NCBI RefSeq assembly: GCF_001194135.2
Contig: NC_069003.1
Span: 34,766,479 to 34,798,901 of the forward strand
Reading direction: 5' to 3'
Length of the DNA stretch: 32,423 bases
DNA from: Octopus bimaculoides
Taxonomy: Eukaryota
Part shown: positions 12,129 to 24,477 of the stretch, in pieces
Layout of the letters: the number at the start of each line of letters is the position of its first letter
Position numbering within the stretch: position 1 is the first letter of the stretch
Notes under the pieces: model-generated
Told to the model about the DNA's origin: nothing
The model's database searches: none
What the model saw: only the letters and a program-made list of their open reading frames with translations
Translations under genes and position numbers: made by a program

Positions 12129-12869
12129 GGGTTTTTTTTTGGTTTTTTTAGTTATAAATTTATTAATTTTTAGGCGTGAAAATGCTTATTTTACCACAGA
12201 AATAATTAAAATCTAAAAAAAAATACAAATACCTATCGGCCGCAGAAACCCGCGATATNNNNNNNNNNNNNNNNNNNNNNNNNNNNNNNNNNNNNNNNNN
12301 NNNNNNNNNNNNNNNNNNNNNNNNNNNNNNNNNNNNNNNNNNNNNNNNNNNNNNNNNNNNNNNNNNNNNNNNNNNNNNNNNNNNNNNNNNNNNNNNNNNN
12401 NNNNNNNNNNNNNNNNNNNNNNNNNNNNNNNNNNNNNNNNNNNNNNNNNNNNNNNNNNNNNNNNNNNNNNNNNNNNNNNNNNNNNNNNNNNNNNNNNNNN
12501 NNNNNNNNNNNNNNNNNNNNNNNNNNNNNNNNNNNNNNNNNNNNNNNNNNNNNNNNNNNNNNNNNNNNNNNNNNNNNNNNNNNNNNNNNNNNNNNNNNNN
12601 NNNNNNNNNNNNNNNNNNNNNNNNNNNNNNNNNNNNNNNNNNNACCTCCATATTGCGTCTATTATTGGTAAAGTGCTAAGCTTTCTTTTATGGCAGTGTG
12701 TAAGAAAGCAACCGGAAGTAGTTTACTCTCGAACACTTTAAAGCGCTTCTTTGAAGTCAACAGAGAACCAATGGAACGTTACTGAATGAGTTGGCGGTAC
12801 AAAAAGCTTCTTTCTTTTTACAGTTACAACGACATTGAAATAAATATTTGGCAATCTACAGGGTGTCAT

Positions 12870-12923
<54 letters not shown>

Positions 12924-13794
12924 AACGGAGCGCAACAACTGAGTTAAAACAGAAATTATACATTTCACTCACCACCATCTCTCCCTCTACCTCCCCTATT
13001 TCTTGCCTTCCCTTCCTCACCCTCCCATCCCTCTCCTCCCCTTTCCTCTCTCCCCCTTCAACTAATCACGTGGAAGCGTTACGGACGGTCTAAATAACGG
13101 AGGAACACGCATAATTATTATAAGATAAGAATACCTAAACGTACACACACTTACACACACACATATACATACACACACATACACACACACATACACACAC
13201 ATACACATATACACACATACAAACACATACACACATATACACATACATACACACACATACACACACACATACACACACACACACACACAAAACACACACA
13301 CACACACACACACACATTCACACACACACACACACACATCAAGTACACTCAAAAGTACACTCGAATTTTCTCGGAATCTTGCAGATTGAGATTATCTGCC
13401 GATCATCTAAACCTGCAAGAAATAGGAATCAAGTCTCCCTCAAATTCTCACTCCCCACCACCAACACCACCACCACCACCACCATCGCCACGTATCGACA
13501 TAAAAAAAAATGACTGATTTGGTGAACAATAATATAATCTTATAACTGTGTGTGAGTAAATGGCAGAATGGTCACGGCCGGAACGGTTTTCCTCATGTGA
13601 CTGGTATTAAAGAACGAAATAACAGCATCATGTGACGACGTTTCTTTTTTTTAATATTTTTATTATTTTTTTTGGCCAATGGAATGGTAATGGAAGAACT
13701 GTAACAGAACACTAATAGGAAATAAATGGTTTGTCAGTGCGGCTGGTCTATTACATATGACCTAAATAGAATCGATTGTATTAAGCACTGGAAG

Positions 13795-13837
13795 TAGTAG
13801 TAGTAGTCGCAGTAGTAGTAGTAACAGCAGCAGCAGC

Positions 13838-13877
<40 letters not shown>

Positions 13878-13882
13878 ACAGC

Positions 13883-13926
<44 letters not shown>

Positions 13927-14340
13927 CAGCAGTAGTAGTGGTGGTGGTGGTGGTGGTGGTGGTTGTGATGGTAGTGGTGGTGGNNNNNNNNNNNNNNNNN
14001 NNNNNNNNNNNNNNNNNNNNNNNNNNNNNNNNNNNNNNNNNNNNNNNNNNNNNNNNNNNNNNNNNNNNNNNNNNNNNNNNNNNNNNNNNNNNNNNNNNNN
14101 NNNNNNNNNNNNNNNNNNNNNNNNNNNNNNNNNNNNNNNNNNNNNNNNNNNNNNNNNNNNNNNNNNNNNNNNNNNNNNNNNNNNNNNNNNNNNNNNNNNN
14201 NNNNNNNNNNNNNNNNNNNNNNNNNNNNNNNNNNNNNNNNNNNNNNNNNNNNNNNNNNNNNNNNNNNNNNNNNNNNAGTAGTAGTGGTTGTGGTGGTGGT
14301 GGTGGTGGTGGTGGTAGTGGTGGTGGTGGTGGTGGTGGAC
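13795..14340. repeat. (AGT)n/(AGC)n/(GGT)n compound microsatellite spanning an N-gap
   Basis: Direct reading. Confidence 0.9.
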
Positions 14341-14890
14341 ATTAATGTGTCAACACTACAAGTGCGCCACCATGACGTTACATGATGCTCATGCATCTGT
14401 GGCTGATAGTTTTTTCTGTTTGACTGTCTGTCTGTCTGTCTGTCTGTCTTTCTGTGCGACTGCTTGTCTGTCTGTCTGTCTGTCAGTTTGTCTGACTGCC
14501 TGTCTATCTGTCTGGCTGACTCTCTGACTGTTGGACGGTCAGTCTGATGACCTGGTGGTCGCCCAGTTGCTCTGCAACGATTGTAGGACATGTCATATGT
14601 GCTGACTTGAAAAACCTTTAACCATCTGACATTAGCCATGCAATTGGCAGGCAAAATCTCCCTCTAGAGATTATTAAACTCTAAAACCATCAAGCAAGGC
14701 AGACAATGCCATTAAAATGAACTGATCAAAGTACTTGGTCAGTAAAAACGGTACAGACTGGTGTGGATCTGGTCTTTGAAATAAACTGGAGGGAATGATG
14801 GATATGTTTCTGAATTATTAGAGGCTCCCCTGCGAAAATTCTTCTGAGTTGGCAAGAAAAAAAAACAGTTATGTGTGTGTGTATGTGTAC

Positions 14891-14922
<32 letters not shown>

Positions 14923-15494
14923 TTGTGTGTATACACACACAAATATAATACACACAGCCATTCCAAGCATAAATATCCCACCCTTCCCTCCACTAAAAGT
15001 AAACCTCAGTTTAATCTATCCTTCCATAGTATTTCATATACTATTATTCATAATACCGGCAGAAATATAAAAATTTCAAGAACTCGACCCAATTCGAAGA
15101 ATTCCTGAATGTCTACAAAACCCATGACTTCCAAAAACTTCAATATTTTCAGAGCAGAGAAATAGTCCAGATCTTTCGAATATTTGTACGAAACTAAACT
15201 ATACTCCAGGGAGTTCTTACACAGAAAGAAAAAAAAATTACTCCATAAAAATATCGACATTGAAGTATTATTTGCTGATTATTTATTTTATTTCATTTTA
15301 TTTACTTATACTTGTATTCTTTTATTCTTTTAATATTTTCCTGCTACTCCATTTTTCAATTATTTTATTCCATTTATATATATTTTTTATTATGTCGCTT
15401 CATTTTTCTCATTCCTGAGATGGAAATGTTGGTTGTTTTCCATTAATTTTTTCCTTTATGTTTAATGTTTTTACTGTTATTGATAAAAGACACA

Positions 15495-15554
<60 letters not shown>

Positions 15555-16609
15555 TAGTTGTGTTGTTATTGTGGTCCGTTCTCTCTGGTGAGAAAATATA
15601 TTTATTAACGCTGCTCCTTAATTTATGCATTCATCAACACTTGTTGGTTGACATCGGAACGGTGTGTTTATTTTATATCGTTTTATTTTATTTTACTTAT
15701 TTTCATACTTTTGCTGTTTTATTCTTGCTAATTTTGTTATCACAGTTGATCATTATTGACATTGCTGCTGCTGCCGCTGCTACTGCTACTGCTACTATTA
15801 TGGCGGTGGTATTGTGGTAATTTATAGCGTCTTCCATTGTATTAGTTATCATCACTAGCTTGCAGCAATTTCTGTGACTAAATGGTAGCGAAAAAGGTTA
15901 GCAGATTCATTTGTAATTCACAGAAATTCTTACAATTTCGTTCGATAGTAAATCGGATACGATGTATACTAAGAGACCAAAAGTTAAACAGTTCGAAATC
16001 CACCTCAGCATTCAGTATCGCAACTCAGACAACAAACACTCCAAATATTTTCAGTCTGTCTTCTTTAAACTAGGTCCAGCTAAGACTCTTATTTACAAAG
16101 AAAAGTTGTCCAGAAACAAGCGAGATCAGGATCTCCGACTTCGTAATAACGAGGGTGATATTTCGGAATTTCAGTTAAAAGAAATATCTGAACAAAGATG
16201 AGGGGTCTTACAACCAACTGTTAGATGGCCGTTGACTCTGCTGAGTTCACTCGCCCTTTCACAGGTTTTGTTTCTCGTCTTGTAGAGTGACCAACGAAAA
16301 CCACCTTCTTTGCTAAGCAAGCTGGATAGGGTTATCGTTGTAGTAAGATATTCCATAAATTCGCCATCTGAGATTCATATGTGAATAGATGTACACATCG
16401 ACAGTTCAACCACATATTTACAAAGAACTCTCTTAACCAAGAACTCTCTTAAATCAAAAATCTTGTCGCTCTCTTAGCAACCGTGTTGAACACTCTCAAG
16501 AAAGACAAATTAAACCCAAAGGAAAGTCATACATACGTACGTACATACATACATACATACATACATACATACATACATGTACGCATGCATATATGCAGGG
16601 ACATATGAG

Positions 16610-16745
16610 TGTAAGGCTTTGGTCAGTCAAGTGTTATAGTTGGAAGACATCCGATGATTGAAAAGCAAGCTTTTTAATCACACATCCATGTCTGCGCCTA
16701 TCCATGTCTGCGCCTATCCATGTCTGCGCCTATCCATGCCTGCAC
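16610..16745 (-). mobile_element. Internally deleted family C SINE with a triplicated 16-bp 5' terminus
   Basis: AAGGCTTTGGTC..TATAGTTGGAAGACA..AAGCAAGCTT..CACA, then (ATCCATGTCTGCGCCT)x3 at 16684-16731. Confidence 0.7.
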
Positions 16746-17772
16746 TTTGGTTCATGTTCCGTAAACAGTGTTATATTCAGGTAAAAATCTGGTAAATAAA
16801 TTCATTATTAATATTGCGAAGTATATAAATACATTTAAGAAAAAAGTTCTCCATTTGTCTTCACTGTTCACAAAGTCACGTCTGTTGGTGAGTTGCAGGA
16901 ATGCGTCAAGTAGACGGCGGATATCGTCTGTGTCAGCCACAACAGTTGTCGTCTGCTTTTCTTAATATTATCGGTCATCGGGTTTAGATTTTAGTATATA
17001 TATATCTACTTATATGTCTCTTCCTTTGTTAATCAAACTCAATTTATAGTATTTCCGTTATCTTCCGACATTTTATTTATTTTTATATTTCTGTATTATA
17101 TTTATTTATCAATTTGCGTTACATACAAACTCTACAGGACACGTATAAACAAGGAAATTTTTTTCTAACTAAATAATTTGGAGTCGTGATATCAACAAAT
17201 TTCGAAAGATATGTAAGATATGTGTGTGTGTGTGTGTGTGTGTGTNNNNNNNNNNNNNNNNNNNNNNNNNNNNNNNNNNNNNNNNNNNNNNNNNNNNNNN
17301 NNNNNNNNNNNNNNNNNNNNNNNNNNNNNNNNNNNNNNNNNNNNNNNNNNNNNNNNNNNNNNNNNNNNNNNNNNNNNNNNNNNNNNNNNNNNNNNNNNNN
17401 NNNNNNNNNNNNNNNNNNNNNNNNNNNNNNNNNNNNNNNNNNNNNNNNNNNNNNNNNNNNNNNNNNNNNNNNNNNNNNNNNNNNNNNNNNNNNNNNNNNN
17501 NNNNNNNNNNNNNNNNNNNNNNNNNNNNNNNNNNNNNNNNNNNNNNNNNNNNNNNNNNNNNNNNNNNNNNNNNNNNNNNNNNNNNNNNNNNNNNNNNNNN
17601 NNNNNNNNNNNNNNNNNNNNNNNNNNNNNNNNNNNNNNNNNNNNNNNNNNNNNNNNNNNNNNNNNNNNNNNNNNNNNNNNNNNNNNNNNNNNNNNNNNNN
17701 NNNNNNNNNNNNNNNNNNNNNNNNNNNNNNNNNNNNNNNNNNNNNNNNNNNNNNNNNNNNNNNNNNNNNNNN

Positions 17773-17811
<39 letters not shown>

Positions 17812-18083
17812 CATACACACATGCATACACATATACATATATACATATGTATGTGAATAAATATATGTGCGCGTGCGTGGAGGTGTGTCTCTTTGGTACT
17901 GATATAGTCTAAATGACAACGTCTGTCAACACCTTTTCATCATTACAATCCATTGGTGTATATCTTCAAATTTGATGTTTGATGTTTGACGGCATCAATT
18001 AGTTTTGCCAACACTTATGTCCCTCATATCTATTCAACATGTCACGCCTACATTCACTCCTTCTCCTCCTCCTCCTCGTCGTC

Positions 18084-18141
<58 letters not shown>

Positions 18142-18521
18142 CAGCAGCAGCAGTAGTGGTAGTGTGTCGCCGGTGTAGCTTCCACATTTTACTTGATATT
18201 TTCATATTCAGTTTAATAAACTTCGTTTCAATCTTTGACAGATTCACCACGTTTCTTCGTTTCTTTATTGCAATGATTACTGCTGAAACCCTAATTATTC
18301 TGCCTGAATTCATTCAATGTAGTTTAAATGCGCATACATACATACATACATACATACACACGTACATACATACGTACATACAATGTATACAATACATACA
18401 TGCATACATACATACACACGTACGTACGTACAAATATATATATATAAGATACGTAGCAATCTTCTCTACCCACAGTTATCACATTCGGTTAAAATGTCTT
18501 ACGGTTAAGTTGGATCCTATG

Positions 18522-18613
18522 TATTTCCCTGAAGAGAAGATTACATCTTTATCAACATCACTTATTCCTTTGGAAGGAATCATCTGTAATCTTCGAAACA
18601 TATGTCGGAAATA
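18522..18613 (+). ncRNA. Type I hammerhead ribozyme motif with minimal, palindromic stem III
   Basis: Stem I TATTTCC (18522-28) / GGAAATA (18607-13); core CTGAAGA (18529-35); stem II GAAGATTACA (18536-45) / TGTAATCTTC (18585-94), 10 perfect bp with G10.1-C11.1; GAAA (18595-98); stem III AC-ATAT-GT; cleavage triplet GTC, cut after 18606. Confidence 0.85.
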
Positions 18614-18811
18614 AAAGAATTCATTTAGCATATGCGTATTACTCCATTTATTAAATTTACATATATANNNNNNNNNNNNNNNNNNNNNNNNNNNNNNNNN
18701 NNNNNNNNNNNNNNNNNNNNNNNNNNNNNNNNNNNNNNNNNNNNNNNNNNNNNNNNNNNNNNNNNNNNNNNNNNNNNNNNNNNNNNNNNNNATATATATA
18801 TACAAAACTAG

Positions 18812-18985
18812 GAATTTTGGTGGGAGGGAGTAAGTTGATTACATCGACCTCAGCGCTTAAGTGGTACTTATTTTATCGACTCCGAAAGAATGAAAGGCAA
18901 AATTGACCTCGGCGGAATTTGAACTAAGAACGTAAATACGGACGAAATTACGCCAAGCAATGAATCTGCCTGCTCGCGGCCTTAA
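18812..18985 (-). mobile_element. tRNA-derived SINE, family A
   Basis: ATCGACCTCAG..GGTACTTATTTTATCGACTCCGAAAGAATGAAAGGCAAAATTGACCTCGGCGGAATTTGAACT, reverse complement of the family body. Confidence 0.8.
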
Positions 18986-19217
18986 AATACCATAAGATTA
19001 TTGAGTTAATAAATGATATCAATATCCTTCTAAGCAGAGAATGCGACAATGGCCATTGTGAAACGAGAAATGCGACAAGTAGTGAAAGATAAAACCAAAA
19101 GAGACATCAAATGAAATTTCTCATTTGTTGATACTTTCAAGTGCGTATGAAACAATGAAACGCACTTTCAAAGAAAGTGTAGAAAATAACATACTATAAA
19201 CAGACGATATACACTTA

Positions 19218-19444
19218 CGAGGGGGTGCTGAAAAGTTCGTGGCTTTAAGGGTGTCGCGAAAGGCCTGGTTGGAGGCCCAACATTCCAAGTTCTTTCACAG
19301 GGCTTAGAAAATCTGAAGGGCCGTTGCAATAAGTGTGTGAATCTGAGCGGGGAATATGTTGAATAAAATCATAACTAGCTCATCCTCTTGTCTTTTACTT
19401 TTTTTTTTGTACCCAAAGCCAGGAGATTTTCAGCCTCCATCTCG
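19218..19444 (+). mobile_element. Non-autonomous mariner deletion derivative (MITE-like)
   Basis: TA at 19216-17 and 19445-46. Imperfect ~29-bp TIRs: CGAGGGGGTGCTGAAAAGTTCGTGGCTTT versus reverse complement of AAAGCCAGGAGATTTTCAGCCTCCATCTCG. Internal 19289-19366 encodes VLSQGLENLKGRCNKCVNLSGEYVE*, a mariner transposase C-terminus (G..L..RW.KC...G.YVE*). Confidence 0.85.
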
Positions 19445-19656
19445 TATATACACCTGAAAATAAATTGAATGGGAAACGTGATAAAAAAAATAAATAAAAC
19501 ACGTCAGACGATATATATGATATGTTTATACATATGTGTGTGTGTGTATGTGTGTGAAAGCGCATGGCATATTTTATGTGTATGAATGCATGTATATATG
19601 TGCGTGTATGTAAATGTGTGAACGTGTGTATGTGTCTGTGCATATGCATACATATA

Positions 19657-19710
<54 letters not shown>

Positions 19711-20195
19711 TGCGCGCGCGTGTGTATGGCGCTTATGTATATATCTGCGCGTGTATTAGGTTTAGCTGGATTAAGCTTAACGCTATAAACTGTGTATGAT
19801 GAGATATGAATGAGAGCCGAGGATGGTAGGGTTGGGGGGTGAGGTGTCGCTCAGTGTATTTTATATTGTGAGACATTTATGCGGAAGAATTTACAGAGAA
19901 CACTTAAATACGATATAATTCGGTGATAATGTCCTTTCTGTATTCACGGCAGCCAATAAACAAGAGAGAAACTTGAATATTAATGAAGTAGCTGGGTTCT
20001 TTCCGTACAAGCATCCCTAATAAAAATTCAAATAACTTCGGCCATCGATAATCGCTAAATACTTATTAACTGACATGGATAAGAGTTCATGTTTTAGGTA
20101 GAGCTTACTTAAGTTTTCGCCGTTAAGATCTTTGGTATGGCACCGATATTGTCGAAGACGTTGTCACTGGCATTGTTGTTGCTATTGTTGTTGTT

Positions 20196-20422
20196 GTTTA
20201 ACTCCAGGTCTGCTTCATTGAGCAGATATAAGATCAAGTGCATGCTATCCGTGGCTGTCCATTTTTATAGGAATGGATCTGTGGAACTGCAGTAGCCGAT
20301 GTGTCTTTTCTTGACTTTAGACGATAAGGTAGAGTAAAAGAGTGTTTTGTTATGATGGCCACGGATGGAGGGCTTTTTGATCGTTAGATTGTTTGATGAA
20401 GGCCGACCTGGGGTTTATCAAC
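20196..20422. mobile_element. Foldback/MITE-like element with ~65-bp imperfect terminal inverted repeats
   Basis: Left arm TTTAACTCCAGGTC..TTCAT..GATCAA..ATCCGTGGC pairs with right arm GCCACGGAT..TTGATC..ATGAA..GACCTGGGGTTTAT. Bounded by (TTG)n and CAA-rich sequence. Confidence 0.65.
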
Positions 20423-20569
20423 ACAGCGACAACAAATATTACTGAAGATATTTCGGAATTGGTAATCAACGAATCATAAAATACTTTCACACTGCTAGTA
20501 AATAAATCGATAGATCGATCATATATAATTGGGTGGGATTTGATCTCAAAAGTGTGCTTTATCATGGGA

Positions 20570-20760
20570 TAAATCAATCGATCAATCAATCAATCAATTG
20601 CTCCATCAATCAAACAGCCGAGCTATTGGTCAATCGGCCAATCGATCATCGAATCGATCGACCAAACAAACAGCCAAAGAATCGATCAATCAATGGTCAA
20701 TCAATCAATCGATCCGTCAATCAATTGATTATTCAACCAATCAATCAATCAATCAATTAA
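20570..20760. repeat. Degenerate (ATCA)n/(ATCG)n tetranucleotide tract
   Basis: Direct reading. Confidence 0.8.
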
Positions 20761-20857
20761 TCATTCCGACGAGGTTGCACTTGGAGCTAGAACTTCTCTC
20801 CTCTCAACTTATCTCATAAACCAAGAATCATTCTCTTCAGTTACAATGACACCACCC

Positions 20858-20972
20858 CTTCTTCTTCTTCTTCTTCTTCTTCTTCTTCTTCTTTTGCTTC
20901 TTCTTCTTCTTCTTCTTCTTCTTCTTCTTCTTCTTCTTCTTCTTCTTCTTCTTCTTCTTCTTCTTCTTCTTC
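20858..20972. repeat. (TTC)n microsatellite
   Basis: Direct reading. Confidence 0.95.
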
Positions 20973-21838
20973 ACGTGTGTGTAAGGGTAGATGTGATTAG
21001 ATAAATGCACACACATCTGTATATACATATATATACACACACACACATACACACATATATACACACATACATACAAAGAGAGAGAAAGAGAGAGGGATGG
21101 CTAAGAAGCTGTGACAGGTATAGAGGTATAGAAATAAATAGATATATAGATTACATGGTATATATATATATATATATATATGCAGATATACAATGAGACG
21201 AATGAGCAAATGGATGAATCGATAATTCGATAGATATAAAACAAAATATGTGGATACATGAAGAAACACAACCGAAAAGTTTTTTGTTTTTTTTAAAGAT
21301 AGAAAAACAAGAAATATATAAAGGAACAAAAAGAAACATTTGTAATAATGTATGCAACAACATACATACATGCAGACGTATGCACATTTTGATGTATAAA
21401 TACAATGCTTACATGCTGAGCGCACCGGTTTAAGATGGCTGAATTAATAAGAACAGAACGCCATTAGATATGTGCACACGTGTGTACGCAAACACGCAAA
21501 CATATATGTGTGTGTGCGTGTGCGTGTGTATAAATTTATGTGTATACCTGCACATTTTAAGATATATACATGCTATGCTCATATGCATATTTCATAAACG
21601 ATAACGAAAATTATTCTGATACTTAGCTGATATAAACATATTTGCATGAAGCGTATATACATGCATACCTACATGTATGTGTGTGTGTGTGTACATGCAT
21701 ATATGTATACGTGTCATACTTAGACATACTAAACGAAGATTCTCAACTAAAATTATCATGAGCTTGTATGCATACATATTTATACAAGATACTTAGAATA
21801 TGTCTGCATATGAATACATGGTCATATATGAATGTATG

Positions 21839-21922
<84 letters not shown>

Positions 21923-22748
21923 NNNNNNNNNNNNNNNNNNNNNNNNNNNNNNNNNNNNNNNNNNNNNNNNNNNNNNNNNNNNNNNNNNNNNNNNNNNNNN
22001 NNNNNNNNNNNNNNNNNNNNNNNNNNNNNNNNNNNNNNNNNNNNNNNNNNNNNNNNNNNNNNNNNNNNNNNNNNNNNNNNNNNNNNNNNNNNNNNNNNNN
22101 NNNNNNNNNNNNNNNNNNNNNNNNNNNNNNNNNNNNNNNNNNNNNNNNNNNNNNNNNNNNNNNNNNNNNNNNNNNNNNNNNNNNNNNNNNNNNNNNNNNN
22201 NNNNNNNNNNNNNNNNNNNNNNNNNNNNNNNNNNNNNNNNNNNNNNNNNNNNNNNNNNNNNNNNNNNNNNNNNNNNNNNNNNNNNNNNNNNNNNNNNNNN
22301 NNNNNNNNNNNNNNNNNNNNNNNNNNNNNNNNNNNNNNNNNNNNNNNNNNNNNNNNNNNNNNNNNNNNNNNNNNNNNNNNNNNNNNNNNNNNNNNNNNNN
22401 NNNNNNNNNNNNNNNNNNNNNNNNNNNNNNNNNNNNNNNNNNNNNNNNNNNNNNNNNNNNNNNNNNNNNNNNNNNNNNNNNNNNNNNNNNNNNNNNNNNN
22501 NNNNNNNNNNNNNNNNNNNNNNNNNNNNNNNNNNNNNNNNNNNNNNNNNNNNNNNNNNNNNNNNNNNNNNNNNNNNNNNNNNNNNNNNNNNNNNNNNNNN
22601 NNNNNNNNNNNNNNNNNNNNNNNNNNNNNNNNNNNNNNNNNNNNNNNNNNNNNNNNNNNNNNNNNNNNNNNNNNNNNNNNNNNNNNNNNNNNNNNNNNNN
22701 NNNNNNNNNNNNNNNNNNNNNNNNNNNNNNNNNNNNNNNNNNNNNNNN
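21923..22748. other. Largest assembly gap (others near 2009, 2602, 3765, 4281, 9909, 12259, 13984, 17246, 18668, 29120)
   Basis: N runs, mostly bordered by (AT)n/(AC)n arrays, typical of short-read scaffolding breaks. Confidence 0.95.
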
Positions 22749-22779
<31 letters not shown>

Positions 22780-23336
22780 ACTGCACACCGGCACACGTAG
22801 GCACTCATATACACGTCTGTGTAAATATATGTACATGATTACACACGCACTGTCACACACATGCTTTATGATATATACAAGTATATATAAATACGCACAT
22901 ATATTAGGGTGTGTGTGTCATATATATATACATAAACGTATAGATCATGCATATACATATACATACATACATACATGCACGCACGCGCATATATAATTAG
23001 AGATATGTATTATATGTGTATATATTATGTATATTTTATGCTTTATACGCATATGCATAAATATGTGTATAGATATGTACATACATACATACATACATAC
23101 ATACATACATACATACATACACATACATACATATATGCATATTATACAGACATCCATACATACATTCATACATGCGTACGTACATACATAAACACATACA
23201 CACATACATGCACATATACGTACATACACGCATACATATACACACACACATACATACACACATATATACATATATACAGATGAAAGTACACGGTATAAGA
23301 TACGACATCAACTTACGTACCTACACGATGCATGTA

Positions 23337-23377
<41 letters not shown>

Positions 23378-23667
23378 TACATACACACACACACGCTTGT
23401 ACCTGCAGACGTTATCATTTATTTATATGAGTTATGGTAAATAGAGTTTATGCAAATGTTTCCGATTGGCTCTTCTTCCCGGTTGCTATTATCAATAAAC
23501 ATCAAACGGAATATATCCACATATCTCGTATATTTATGTACAGATCCTGCAACTAGAAGCTCCACCACCACCTCCGCCGTCTACCACGACCGTTGACATT
23601 GCCACCACTGTCACCTTCGGCACTTACCCCACACGACTTCTACCGTTTTCATTAAGCACCACCGATC

Positions 23668-23707
<40 letters not shown>

Positions 23708-23844
23708 AACTAGCACCACTTCTACGACCACCGTTACGTTTCTTTCGTTAAACATCTTGAAGCCAGTAAAAGAACGGGTGTGAAACGCGGGTACAATTGC
23801 GTGTGTGTGTTTGTATATAGAAATATATATATGTATGTTTGTGT

Positions 23845-23915
23845 GATAAGTAGCTTGCTTACCAATCACATAGTTCCGGGTTCAGTCTCACCGCATGGCA
23901 CCTTGGCAAGTGTCT
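23845..23915 (+). mobile_element. Family C SINE fragment
   Basis: GTGATAAGTAGCTTGCTTACCAATCACATAGTTCCGGGTTCAGTCTCACCGCATGGCACCTTGGCAAGTGTCT. Confidence 0.75.
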
Positions 23916-24035
23916 GTTATGCATGCGTACATACATACATACAAAATACATATATACTTACATACATAAAAAAATACATACATACAAAAATACATACATG
24001 CATACATACATACATACATGCATGCATAATGGGGC

Positions 24036-24392
24036 CCAATTATTGGGGCCCTGGGATATGTAAAACACTGCCTAAATACCAATTTTGAGAAATTAGGCTT
24101 CTCAAAACCAGAAAGGAGAAAGCTAATTCGAAGACTGCAGATCCAATCCATCCCTGGAACTGTAAAAATCTGTAAAACACTCCAGTTGTTTATCATTTAA
24201 ATATATATGGGCAACTGTATGCATGAGAATACGTACGTAAAACATGCAAATCTGACCAACATACTTACATACATACGTACAAAAATATCCTGTTGTTGAT
24301 GTTGGAATTCCAATGAAGGAGCCTTGGATCTAGGTTCGAAAACGGTTCTTTCTCTATCGGCGAGAAATCTTGAAATAAACTGAATAATGACA
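24036..24392 (+). mobile_element. 5'-truncated copy of a related RLE-type LINE: last 54 codons intact plus 3' UTR
   Basis: 24036-24200 reads PIIGALGYVKHCLNTNFEKLGFSKPERRKLIRRLQIQSIPGTVKICKTLQLFII*, homologous to the 4960-5120 translation. The 3' UTR ends AAATAAACTGAATAATGA then (CATA)n. Confidence 0.85.
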
Positions 24393-24477
24393 TACATACA
24401 TACAAACATACATACATGCATACATACATTCATAGATGCATGCATACATGCATGCATACATACATACATACATACAT

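Noticed and set aside
14544-14570. CTGATGA at 14544 (also at 29921) as a hammerhead core
   Set aside because: No correctly placed GAAA plus stem III/UH downstream.
24305-24345. Hammerhead-like CAATGA...GAAA in the LINE 3' UTR
   Set aside because: Core positions U4 and G5 mismatch and stems I and III are absent.
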